DNA of 64,000 nucleotides from Guillardia theta CCMP2712 (lineage: Eukaryota; Protista; Cryptophyta). The notes beneath the pieces are model-generated. The model did not search any database, was not told the origin of the DNA, and saw nothing but the letters and a program-made list of their open reading frames with translations. Positions within the stretch are counted from its first letter, which is position 1, and every line of letters begins with the position of its first letter. Where the stretch lies: positions 3,669 to 67,668 of the forward strand of contig NW_005434545.1 of the NCBI RefSeq assembly GCF_000315625.1. The letters run 5' to 3'. The translations under genes and the position numbers were made by a program. This document shows, one piece after another, positions 11,241 through 23,054 of the stretch.

Positions 11241-12166
11241 CAGCTGACTCGCTGACTTGACCCAGGACTTGACCGTTATATGCGAGTCCACCCCCACCCC
11301 CTACTATCCCACACTAACCCACCCCCAGGTAACTCCGGCGTACAACTCCCTGACTCTGTGTGCAGTGCCACCCTACAGTGCCAACCCCACCCCACTAGGC
11401 TATGCTCGCACTGCCCCTCTAGGGGTCTAGTCAGGCACTCAGCTCGTCCCGGCGGCCTCACTACCCCACCCCACCCTCTCTAGGGTGCACAGGCGCTTTT
11501 ACACACCCCCTTTACTAGTAAAGGGCAGACAGCACCCCTACTAGACCCTAAGACCAGTTCCTATGACCGTGCTTAGCACCTCTCTATAAATTTCCTAGGA
11601 ACGGGGGATCAATGCTGACCGTTACCTGTAGGGGAATATGTTGTCGCAAAGGACCGGTACCTTGGGATGCAGGTTTGATACTACGGTAATGGGGAGACAG
11701 GGGTGGGGTCCGACCATAGTGGGGGAACTTCTCGCACGGGAGTGGGTGGGGTGGGGTGAGATAAAAAGTTGATTGGAACTAGCAGGGTACGTATGGAGGG
11801 AGGGGTAGTGGAGAGGGGTGGGGACCACTGCTCGTACTGCTCGGGATATTAGGGGGTGGGGGTAAAGGGGAAGGATGGACGGGGGTAGGGGTGGGTAAAG
11901 CCCAAACGTGATGGGGGCGGAATGTGGTCGAATTCTCCGAAACATGCAAGAAGGAAGAACGAGAGGGAAAGAGAGGAAGAAGACGGAGATGAAGAAGACT
12001 TGAGGCCCAATGAGAATAGCCTCTGATGAGTAGTCCTTCAGAGGTAGATCAAAAGATTTGAGCATCTGTTTTCAAAATCAAGTATTGAGAATAAGAGATG
12101 ACAGTTTGAAGGCTGTCGAACAATAGATTGACTTCATTACCGAAGGAATCAGGATGGTCGAAGTGA

Positions 12167-13953
12167 TGAATTACAACTTGTACAACTCCTTCGATGGACG
12201 CATGAGCTATGGCCTGTACAACTCGATGGATGGCCAGATGCTTCCCCAGGATTACGCTGCTTCGGAGCAAAGTATCTATGAGGTTAGCATGATACCTTTG
12301 GTTGACGAGCTCTGACTTTTTGAACTCAGACGAGGAACATGCGAACGGTAGGAATCAGAAGGTATGCGATGAATGCTGCAAGCGATCAGAGGTGTGGGAT
12401 CGGCATCAAGTTTACCAAGACGGACTACGGTCCTTACATGATCACAGCTCTGGTCCCGTCTGTAAGTGAACCAGCCGAAAAGACATAGCCGAGGGTCTGA
12501 CCTGTGCATGTCAGGGAGCGGCGGAACAGAGCATGGTTCTCCGCGTCGGGGATTTGATTCATGAGGTTGACGGTCAGAGCGTTTACAACATCTCACCCGA
12601 GGATGTCTCGTGGTTCATCACGGGGATTCCCGGGAGCGTCGTGAATCTTACCATATCCGATAGCCCTTTCGCGCACATGCCATCGCCATCCAAAGTCTGT
12701 CGTCTTGTTACCTTTTCGCCGTGTCGGTTCTGACTTCTGTTGGCAGAACTATGGCTTCCCTGTCAAAGTATTGGCTTTTCTGCGAAACAACGGGACTGGC
12801 AACACTGGCATTGGTCTCACTTTTGCCAAGGCAAGCTCATTCGGCCCCTGCGTTGTCGCGTCGCTTTCTCCTGGGGTAGTTTTGACTATAGCAGATCTGT
12901 TCCAATGACTTGTATCCTCTAGGGAAACGCCGCGTTGAGCGGGATGATTCAAGTTGGGGACCTGATCCATGAGGTCGGATACGTCAACGTCTACTCCATG
13001 TCGCCAATGGAAGTCATCAGAGCCTTGATGGGCAAGCCTGGATCGCCTGTCTTTCTGCTCACCTCCCAGGGATCCATGAGTTACCTTCCTCAACACACGG
13101 TGAGCAGCTCTTGTACACCTGCTCGCATATGCGTTGATATCAGTCATACAGGGCCCAGTGCTGTTCTCTTTGAACCGCGACGCGAATGGGAGGCTTGGAT
13201 TTCAGTTTATGAAGACAGCAACTGGAGCCTTCGAAGTTGTGAGAGTAATCCCCAATGTGAGCTCAGTTTCTCTTGCAGCAGAATCCTAACAATAATCAGA
13301 GCCCTGCAGCCAATGCTGGATTCATTGAAGGCGACCTCATCCACGCTATCAACCATCTCAGGCAAGTGACGAACGACCCATGTGGTTGACTGACCACTTT
13401 ATTCTTTACAGCATCTATGATAAAGACGCTGAAGCTCTTTCGAGAATGCTACTTGGAGAGCCTTTCTCTACTATTTGCATCTCTAAGGAGACTCCAGCGT
13501 TGTTGACTCGGGTATCTGTTTTTAATCTCAAATCCCATGGCTGATTGTCTTTGAAGAAATACAACTTCCCAGTGCGTATGGCGATCATCAAGCGAGGCCC
13601 CAATGTTGGGCCGCGAGTCGGGCTGGGTCTGCAATTCCTCAAGACGACAGGAGTTGGCCCTATCGTTGTTCACTCTCTGCTCCCCGAGGTGCCGTAGCTG
13701 CTGCTGCTGCGCTTGTCAACGGCTGACGTGTGATGTTCAGGGAAGTGCGGCAAGCAGCGGGCAGTTGCAGGTCGGGGATATCATTCACGAGATTGACAAG
13801 CACAACGTCTACCGGATGAGCATCGAGCAAGTTGCCAACCTCATCCTGGGCACCCCTGGCACATACGTGCGGCTCATTGTGTCTCAAAACTTGCAGCAGA
13901 ACGGAACCTCCGTGACCTCCCGTGTGTCCTCCCCCGTCGTTGACAGAATTTGA
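12167..13953 (+). CDS. Multi-PDZ-domain protein (about 4 PDZ); start uncertain
   Basis: Repeated GIGIKF/GIGLTF/LGFQF/GLGLQF loops followed by GxA..G...VGDxIHEVD and LxGxPGSxV; short GT-AG introns. Confidence 0.85.
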
Positions 13954-14324
13954 TCTTTGAAAAATGACATAATTCGACAGAGACAATTCTTCAATAAAAC
14001 ATTCTAAGGCGACAACATGGACATGAAATATTCTCACTCTCACCTCTGAGTGGTTGTGTTTGTTATAACCGTCGTGTTCCTAGTAGCACTTTCTCTATTT
14101 GACCATAGGTTGCTGTATGGTTGCCAATGATGCTGCTGTCCTAGGTTGCCGTGGTCGTATCGCATCAAGTTCATTCCTTTTTTTCTGCATCCATGTACCA
14201 ACGCTCATGGCTTATTACTTATCTTGACTTCTTCCTGTTCAGATCTGCTCTGCTTTTTCCTTCCTTTTTTGAAAGATACTGTTTCCAGTAGCGAGCCTTC
14301 TGTTTGCCTTAAGATGATGTTATA

Positions 14325-15036
14325 TGTATGATGTTATATGTCCTGCCTTGTGTTCTTGAAGATGATGTTACATGTCCTGCCTTGTGTTCTTGAAGATGAT
14401 GTTATATGTCCTGCCTTGTGTTCTTGAAGATGATGTTATATGTCCTGCCTTGTGTTCTTGAAGATGATGTTATATGTCCTGCCTTGTGCTCTTGAAGATG
14501 ATGTTATATGTCCTGCCTTGTGTTCTTGAAGATGATGTTATATGTCCTGCCTTGTGTTCTTGAAGATGATGTTACATGTCCTGCCTTGTGTTCTTGAAGA
14601 TGATGTTATATGTCCTGCCTTGTGTTCTTGAAGATGATGTTATATGTCCTGCCTTGTGTTCTTGAAGATGATGTTATATGTCCTGCCTTGTGCTCTTGAA
14701 GATGATGTTACATGTCCTGCCTTGTGTTCTTGAAGATGATGTTACATGTCCTGCCTTGTGTTCTTGAAGATGATGTTATATGTCCTGCCTTGTGTTCTTG
14801 AAGATGATGTTATATGTCCTGCCTTGTGTTCTTGAAGATGATGTTATATGTCCTGCCTTGTGTTCTTGAAGATGATGTTATATGTCCTGCCTTGTGTTCT
14901 TGAAGATGATGTTATATGTCCTGCCTTGTGTTCTTGAAGATGATGTTATATGTCCTGCCTTGTGCTCTTGAAGATGATGTTATATGTCCTGCCTTGTGCT
15001 CTTGAAGATGATGTTATATGTCCTGCCTTGTGTTCT
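14325..15036. repeat. 34-bp minisatellite (GAAGATGATGTTATATGTCCTGCCTTGTGTTCTT) x ~21
   Basis: Head-to-tail units with only two variable positions and no spacers. Confidence 0.97.
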
Positions 15037-15289
15037 TTTCTTGTTTTCTCCTGCTCTCGGCGCTGGTCACCTGCACCGAGTTTTGATACAGTGGAAAATG
15101 GAAGTTGACAGAAAAGCAATAAAATGTCAATAAAAGCAGGGGATATGACCATAAAAAACGGATACGACCCTTTCAGCAATAGCGTACGCGACATAAAACT
15201 TCTTCTGACACATGTGAATTCAATAACTCTTACGTTGACAAGAGGGTGGGGGGCGACGCCGGTAAAGCCAACGAGAAAGAGAGAAAGAG

Positions 15290-15738
<449 letters not shown>

Positions 15739-15769
15739 AAGGGCACTCATTCTTCTTGTGCCTTCTAGG

Positions 15770-16384
15770 ATGGGTGCGACTTCGTCCAAGCATGGATCAC
15801 TTGAGTACGTCGGATCGGAATGTCTCAGCTGTTACTCCTTACGAGACCAGCAAGAGGACGAGGACATGGCGAAGATGCCATCTTTCGACGGCAGCACGGA
15901 TCCAGCATTTGCGATGCCTCGGAGAGCTCAAGGAGGAGCCCGAGGAGGCAATCGATCCGTCAGGCATAGCGATCCTCGGCGAAACAAGCTTTGCATGGAT
16001 GTAGTGTCTGCCTTTGACTGTCAGACAGTGGAGGAGGAAAAGCGCTCCTTTCGATCCCGCGCTGCTTCTCTTCCCCAGGGCGACCCTTCAATCCTGAGGA
16101 GTCCGAGATCGCGCACAGCGTCGGTTTACACGTCGAGCATGAAGGTGAGGGACCTGCAGGAGTACAACGCGGCGCTACAAGAGCTAGAGAACTGGCAGGA
16201 GGGGAGGCAGCGGGAGGGAAACTTCAACCCCGTGGAGGGTTTTATCCGCAGGCGTGAGCTCGAGGACAAGTTCTCGCACCTCCTTCGCTTCAGTGGCGAC
16301 GGGACGCTCAAGGAACATCCGGGGTTCGTTCGCTTCGAGAAGCAGCGGGAGAAGAGAATGTTTTCTCTATCGGCGAGGACTTAA
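15770..16384 (+). CDS. Hypothetical 204-aa protein, possibly N-myristoylated
   Basis: Open frame from MGATSSK to TAA 16382-16384 with coding-like composition; no recognisable domain. Confidence 0.6.
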   Translation: MGATSSKHGSLEYVGSECLSCYSLRDQQEDEDMAKMPSFDGSTDPAFAMPRRAQGGARGGNRSVRHSDPRRNKLCMDVVSAFDCQTVEEEKRSFRSRAASLPQGDPSILRSPRSRTASVYTSSMKVRDLQEYNAALQELENWQEGRQREGNFNPVEGFIRRRELEDKFSHLLRFSGDGTLKEHPGFVRFEKQREKRMFSLSART

Positions 16385-16426
16385 GACCTTCTGCTTTGAT
16401 TCGAATCAACTCAACCATCCTCGTCA

Positions 16427-19260
16427 TCAGCCTGTCGCAGCTTCTAGCTCCTTGACTGTCTCCTCTTCTTCCAGCAGCTCTTTGAACGGATCATCGGCAA
16501 TCCAGACTTGCTTCCCGCACATCTGAGCCGCCGGGTTACTTCCCTCCTCTCTCCGCCTCTCCTCCTCCCTCCTTCCTCCTCACCTTCTCCGGCAGCTTCA
16601 TCGTCAACCTCCACGCGTGCAGCATCATCCTCGGTGCCTGCCGCAAGACGTCAGTCCCCCTGCCATTCGCTTTCTGTGCCCGTCGACTCCCTGCTGGGCC
16701 TCCTCCTGTCTTGCTCCTGCTCTCTGCACGTCTACCATCGTCACTTCTCGCTTCAAGTTCGTCTCGTCTCATCGTAGGGATCCATCACCTTCCCTCCTAC
16801 GTTGCCTTCCTCGCTCTTCACCTCCCTCTCCTCCTACTCACTTCTCCATCTCCACAGTAAGTGTAATCGCCAACGATTGGATGTCCAGCATCTGCAAGGT
16901 GAACGCGCAGCTGTTGGAATATGAGAAAGGAGACAACGACGAGGAGGTAGCGGAACAGGGTGAGAGAGGGAAAGAGGGAGGGTCACCTGATGCCGACGGC
17001 CAGTCTTAGGTAGCAGAAGCACTTTTGTAACTTCCTTGCCCATGTACTTCCCCCAAGAAAGTACCACAACCTCCTACATGAATAGTCGTGAATACTTCCT
17101 CTCTCCTCTCTCGCTCTCTCTGCAAGCCCCTCTCCCCTTGTTCCTTTCCCCTTCTTTCTCTCCACGTCTTCTTCCTTCGTCGCTCTACTTTCTCTTTCCT
17201 CTCTCCTCACCGTAAACGCATCTCGTCCGGCATTGTTTACATCACCAATGCACATCCGAAAATCCTGTCGGCTAATATCAGGAGGGTGAGGAAAATGGAT
17301 GACATGGGAGGGGGAGGAAGGAGGAAGTAGTAGTCGATTCTTTCACTTTGGTTCCATCTGAGCCCGTTGGGTTCACAAAATCTTCTCCTTCCTTGACAAG
17401 GCGATTAGCAATGGGCTTGTCTATCTTCATGCCCTGCTGGCAGTCAGCTGGAGGAGACGAGGAGGGGAAATCGACCTCTCGAGCGACACGGCCGTAGCAG
17501 ATGGCAAGATATTCCTTGCACGCAGACCTGAAGGAAGCGAAGAGGTGAGATGAAAGAGCAGGCAGAAATGGAGGAGGAGGAGGAGGAGAAGGAGGACCAC
17601 GAGGGCAGAACACGAGAAGGAGAGAATGGCGATAAGAGGAAGGGAAGGGACTCGTGCGGTCTTCTTCAACCTGCTCTCAAAAAGCTTTCCTGCTGCTCCT
17701 GTCGCTCGCCTGCTTAATCCTATGCACAGCACCTGAGCAGTTTTGAGCTTGAGGGGAATGGAAAGGCAGCCAGTTACGGGAGGTGCAGGAGCAATGAGAG
17801 AGGAAGGGAGGAGGAAAAGAGGGACACAGAGATACAAGTCGACCAAGGAAGTTTTACCCCACTCGTGGCAAAGTCAAGTCGATGAGGAAATCGGATGGTC
17901 TTTGCCGCCTCTTCTCCTTGCCCTCCTTCTCTGTCGTTCGCTTTGTCCTCGAGCAGAATCTGTGCAGCCAACTTCTCCACTGTGACCTGATGGATATCCT
18001 TGAGAGCTCAAGATAACACTTGAGAACAAACAACGACCAAAAGAAAGAGAAGACAAGAGCAAGGTAGGAATGAAACGTCAACACGTAAGGGTTTAGGAGT
18101 AGGGTCAGGGTTAGATTGTTACACATCCAGGCATCTCATTAGGCATCAAGAAGCGCACAAGGGGAATCACCTCATGCTCACCATCCATCCTCACGTCGTA
18201 TGGTTTGTTGATCACCAAGAAGTTTTGATCACGAAAGATGATCTGAGACAGGCACAGACTTCAGTCCTCTCTCACTGAACTTGTCATCATTGCTTTCTCA
18301 TTCGTTACCTTCATCGTCGGGACTTGCTCTGTCAAGAACTTGCGATGTGCTTCAGATATTCTCTGATCTTGACCTTCCTCCTCCTTCCACTTCATCTGCC
18401 ACCTTGCAACGGGTTGCCCTGGAGCCCAAGGCAACTGTGTTCCAAATGGTGAGGAGGGTCAGAGAAGAAAGGAGGGAAGAGGAGCAGAAAGGGGAGGGAA
18501 AGGAGCAGAGAAGGGAGCCTAGAGGAGTCAATGAAGGAAGGTGGGGCGAGAGAAGACAGTAGGAGACAAGACAGTAGGAGCGAAGACAGTAGGAGACAAG
18601 ACAGTAGGAGACAAGACAGTAGGAGACAAGACAGTAGGAGACAAGACAGTAGGAGACAAGACAGTAGGAGACAAGACAGTAGGAGACAAGACAGTAGGAG
18701 ACAAGACAGTAGGAGACAAGACAGTAGGAGACAAGACAGTAGGAGACAAGACAGTAGGAGACAAGACAGTAGGAGACAAGACAGTAGGAGACAAGACAGT
18801 AGGAGACAAGACAGTAGGAGACAAGACAGTAGGAGACAAGACAGTAGGAGACAAGACAGTAGGAGACAAGACAGTAGGAGACAAGACAGTAGGAGACAAG
18901 ACAGTAGGAGACAAGACAGTAGGAGACAAGACAGTAGGAGACAAGACAGTAGGAGACAAGACAGTAGGAGACAAGACAGTAGGAGACAAGACAGTAGGAG
19001 ACAAGACAGTAGGAGACAAGACAGTAGGAGACAAGACAGTAGGAGACAAGACAGTAGGAGACAAGACAGTAAGAGAGATATTGGTAGGATGGCTTTGTCC
19101 CTCCATCACAGATACCGCAGAAGCAAGGGAGAAGAAGAGAGACAATGTCACATAGACGGTCCTCGAATTTCCTTTCATCTCATACTATTACGTGGGTCCC
19201 TTCTTCCTCCACGCGCTGACGCTTGCTCGCTGATTCTTCGGCTCGTTCCGCCACACTCAT
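16427..19260 (-). CDS. RluA-family RNA pseudouridine synthase, RPUSD1-like; multi-exon
   Basis: Spliced motifs FLVINKPYDVRMDG, HRLDFATSG (catalytic Asp), TGRRHQ/LRVHLADAGHPIVGDYTY, RMMLHAWRL. The start at MSVAERAEE is inferred. Confidence 0.88.
18553..19072. repeat. 15-bp minisatellite (AAGACAGTAGGAGAC) x ~34, intronic
   Basis: Near-perfect array between inferred exons 1 and 2 of the pseudouridine synthase. Confidence 0.97.
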
Positions 19261-19365
19261 CGCACAATCTGCAAGGGAATGTTGAAGTCAGCAGCGAGAT
19301 GACATCATCGATATCATAGTAAAAGACTTAATCGCCTGTGATGCAGATGCATGGCCAAACAAACT

Positions 19366-20000
19366 AATCTATGATGACAAACGCGATGGTGATTGCAATA
19401 AACAGTACGGCCATGAAAAAGACGAAGACGATGTCGAGGTTTAGGACATCCAGGTAGACATTCATCCGTCTCACCCTCCTCCTCCTCCTTCCAGTCCCCA
19501 TGGTCAACCTCCTCTTCGCTCTCCTCTCGCCCATGCAGAAAGTTTTGTCCTGCTTCCTCTGCTTTTTCTATCCCTTCCTTGCCCCTGCCCCTGCCCCTTC
19601 CCCTGCTCTTGATCCTCATACCGCTCGTGCTCGTGCTCCCCCTCCCACTTCTACTTCATGCTCCTACCTCAGATGTTTCTCCTCCTAGCAGTCCTCGTCC
19701 TCTACCTCAGATGTTTCTCCTCCTAGCAGTCCTCGTCCTCTACCTCAGATGTTTCTCCTCCTAGCAGTCCTCGTCCTCTACCTCAGATGTTTCTCCTCCT
19801 AGCAGTCCTCGTCCTCTACTCCTCATGATAGGCGGCTGAGTTCGCTGTCCTTCAAATTTTTCTACTATCTCTCTGAGGCGAACTCGTTTGATTTGATTGG
19901 CTCACCCACTGACAGATTTCTGCCATTGTTCAATCTTCTTCTGATTCAATGCAACATGCGACTCATGGCAAAGATGCGTTATCGAGTGAATCGATATCTC
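19366..20000 (-). CDS. Possible small protein with a C-terminal transmembrane helix (partial model)
   Basis: Minus frame reads RRRRRVRRMNVYLDVLNLDIVFVFFMAVLFIAITIAFVIID-stop; upstream exons are unresolved. Confidence 0.3.
19664..19815. repeat. 38-bp tandem repeat (CTACCTCAGATGTTTCTCCTCCTAGCAGTCCTCGTCCT) x4
   Basis: Units start at 19664, 19702, 19740 and 19778. Confidence 0.95.
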
Positions 20001-20609
20001 TTTTGACTTGAAGAAACTATTCTTCTTTCATTGCTTTGAACACGTTCCATGATGAATCTTGAATTATACACACATCGCGCTGTCAATTGTGATGAATAAA
20101 GAAAAGGGTAAATCAACAAGTCCGCCTCAACAGAGAAGTAGGACAAGAAAGAGGCAGCGAAAATCTCTACTCCAACCACGTGAGCGGCGGCATGCGGCAG
20201 CAGGGAACAAGGATCAGGACAACTTGGAGTAGTGGACGGGCAAGAGCGCCGCAGACGATCCGAGTCCCCTACTTGACGTTGATAGACCTGCCGCAGCGGC
20301 GGCCTCCCCCCGGTGCCCAGACCCTAGCTCTCGCCACTGCCTCATCGGGCCGCCTCAACTTCAAGCCAAGTTCCCTCTAGCCTGAGCGTACTATTCTGCC
20401 ACATCATCCACCCACTGTTCCATATCGCAGAGCTTTTCCCCGCCCAAGAAGAAGTGGGCCCCGGCCTGCCAGTGGACCCGTTTGCGCGAGCTGGGGAGGG
20501 GACGAGTCCAATGTACTGCATTAAATAAATCTTTGAGCCTCCGAGTTATAGAAGTTGTCCGGGGAAGGATCATGGGCCGCCTGTATCGTTGCCTCGCCCT
20601 CCTGAGCGA

Positions 20610-22355
20610 TCATCCTGCATAACCAACTGTCAGCAGGAGACCAGCCGATGTACTTCTGGCTTCATACTCTGCAGGAAGTTGTTCTGACGCTTGCATACTG
20701 GCTTTGAAAGTCTGCTTCCACACTGAAACAACGGAGTGTGGCATCCCATTCAGCAGAGCATTCACTTCGTTGACATCCTTGTCATAGAGGCTGCACATCC
20801 GTCTCAGTCAATTTCTTGACAAACATCTGCAATGGATGATAACACCTGAATTGATTGATGGCATGGATATAGTCTCCAACTTGAAGGTTCACTCTGGATG
20901 CCGGTCCCTGAATTTCATGATCAGATAGAACTTTTGGCACGAGCTGAGATGATATCTCCCACATTGGGTTGGACAGCAACGACTTCAAACGCGTTGTTTG
21001 TGCTCTTCCAAACATCCATACCGACCTTTCCCGATTCATCTCTCATCAAGACAAATTGCTCCAGTCCCTGTTTCCAGTTTTCACATCAGAATTGATTGCG
21101 TTGAGCTTAATTATGATATGAGCTTATGCACAAACCTGGTTGGGAGGCAACTCAGGGGCGACCAGCTCACTTGGGCTAGAGATCACCAACTTCACCATCG
21201 TTCCTGGTGTGCCGAGGATCAGCGCTGTGACTTGCTCTGGTGCTAACGGGTAAACGTCTTGTGCATCTACTGCGTGCAACAAATCTCCTGCCTTCACCAG
21301 CCCGCTAGAAGCAGCGGTTCCCTGCAAAACATTCAGGCTCTCCGCAAGACGAGAACGAGAACGCACGTCAGGAGTTACACCAGAAATGGTATACGGCCCA
21401 GGGTGCACACTCTTCCAGAACATGAGACCAATGCCCGATCTGCTGTTTGCAGCTGCTGATGGCGGAAGAGCATTTCGTTGGATCATCACTTCTTTCCTCG
21501 GAATTTCCTTCGATCCAGTCTGCTGCATGACAGGCGCGGGCTGCTGCTGCATGACAGGCGCGGGCTGCTGCTGCATGACAGGCGCGGGCTGCTGCTGCAT
21601 GACAGGCGCGGGCTGCTGCTGCATGACAGGTGTGGGCTGCTGCTGCATGACAGGTGCGGGCTGCTGCTGCATGACAGGTGCGGGCTGCTGCTGCATGACA
21701 GGAACGGGCTGCTGCTGCATGACAGGCGCGGGCACTGCCTGGAATGGCACTGATTGATCCTGCAAGGTTTCAGATAAGTGCTTTCGTGTTGCAAAATGAG
21801 ACCTGCGGCAACGTCGAGATAGAAAGAATCACGGGAGTGCCAGGTTGTCCGATGATCATGGAGGTCAAGTCGTTTGCCCACAGACTGTACACATTCTGCC
21901 CATTGATTTCATGAATCAGGTGTCCAGGTTGGATCATTCCACACTTCTCGGCGTTGCTCTAAGCAATAAAATCAGACAACAAACTTTTGAACACAAAATC
22001 GCAGTACCCCGGGCACGACGCCAGTAACATAGAACGGCCCGCTTTGCAACTTGGAGAATTGAATACCAATTCCACTACTCCCTTGCGGGTTTGGGTTCCT
22101 TAGAATCTGAATTTGCTGGAATTGCTGGCTGTTCTGTAGTTCATACATTCAGTCGCTTTCATACGTGCCCACATTTCAAGTTTTGCATACCTCCTGCAGT
22201 TCATCCACTGCCAGCCCAGGGATGGGATCATTGGTGATGACATCGTTGGGCTGGTAGGTCTCGATCATCTCGGAGGTCTGCAAGTTGAGCTTCTGCTCGT
22301 ACCCCACGTTCATCCCCTGCATGCCGTCAACAGGAACGTAGTAGTTCTCAGCCAT
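20610..22355 (-). CDS. Multi-PDZ-domain protein with a (PAPVMQQQ)n linker; paralog of the 12.2-14.0 kb gene
   Basis: GIGIQF/GIGLMF loops, GTAASSGLVKAGDLLHAVD..LILGTPGTMV, QVGDYIHAIN; start MAENYYVP. Confidence 0.85.
21521..21735 (-). repeat. Coding 24-bp repeat encoding PAPVMQQQ x ~9
   Basis: TGCTGCATGACAGGCGCGGGCTGC units in frame with the PDZ ORF. Confidence 0.92.
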
Positions 22356-23054
22356 TGCGCGCGACAAATGGATGCGAAGCTTGGGGGTGCAGAAACTGGT
22401 GAGTAGGGGGTGGGGTTCTGGGGGTGGGGTGGATAACCCCCCTTTTCCCACTTGAGGATTCCTGACACTTCTCAGGCTAGCACCCCCCACCTACCCTTTT
22501 CCAGTTCATTTCCACCACCCGTGTGGTACCAGTCGACGCCCCTACGGATGCTTATTGGACTGGGTTATCATTTCCGCTTCCCACCACCGGTACTGCTAGT
22601 GAAATTATAGCTCCCGTCGCATTTGTCATTTTCTAGGACCTTGGCATACTAGATTTCATATTGAGTCTAGGACCAGTGGGCTCTCTCACCCCTCCTACAC
22701 CCTAGCGTGGTTTAGGTGACCTAGGACTTTACTAGGAGAGTCTGTAACGGCTCTTTGTGAGTGACCTCTTGTACCTTATTGAGTCGTAGACTTCCTAAGA
22801 CCCGGCTAGTACCCGATTTTTCCGGTGGCCTGACACTACCCGTGGGTAGGAGCTGATAAGTACCCCACCCCGAGACTTCTCGGTGACCGGCGGCCCGGCC
22901 CTGGCAACCGTTTTTTAAAAGCCGCGGAGGCAGACTCAAGTTAAGTGAAATTTTGAGTTAACTGTCATCGGCCTGAGTTTCGGGTGGCCCGGGGCCCGGA
23001 CTGAGTCATCAGGTCCGGCGCCAAGACCAGGAGCAGCGTCGATGGAGATCCAGG

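Noticed and set aside
14325-15036. 34-bp repeat as CRISPR
   Set aside because: Units are contiguous with no unique spacers.
18528-19319. ORFs of QDSRR/KTVGD/TVLSP pentapeptides
   Set aside because: They arise from a 15-bp unit with no synonymous variation, lying within the inferred intron of the opposite-strand pseudouridine synthase gene.
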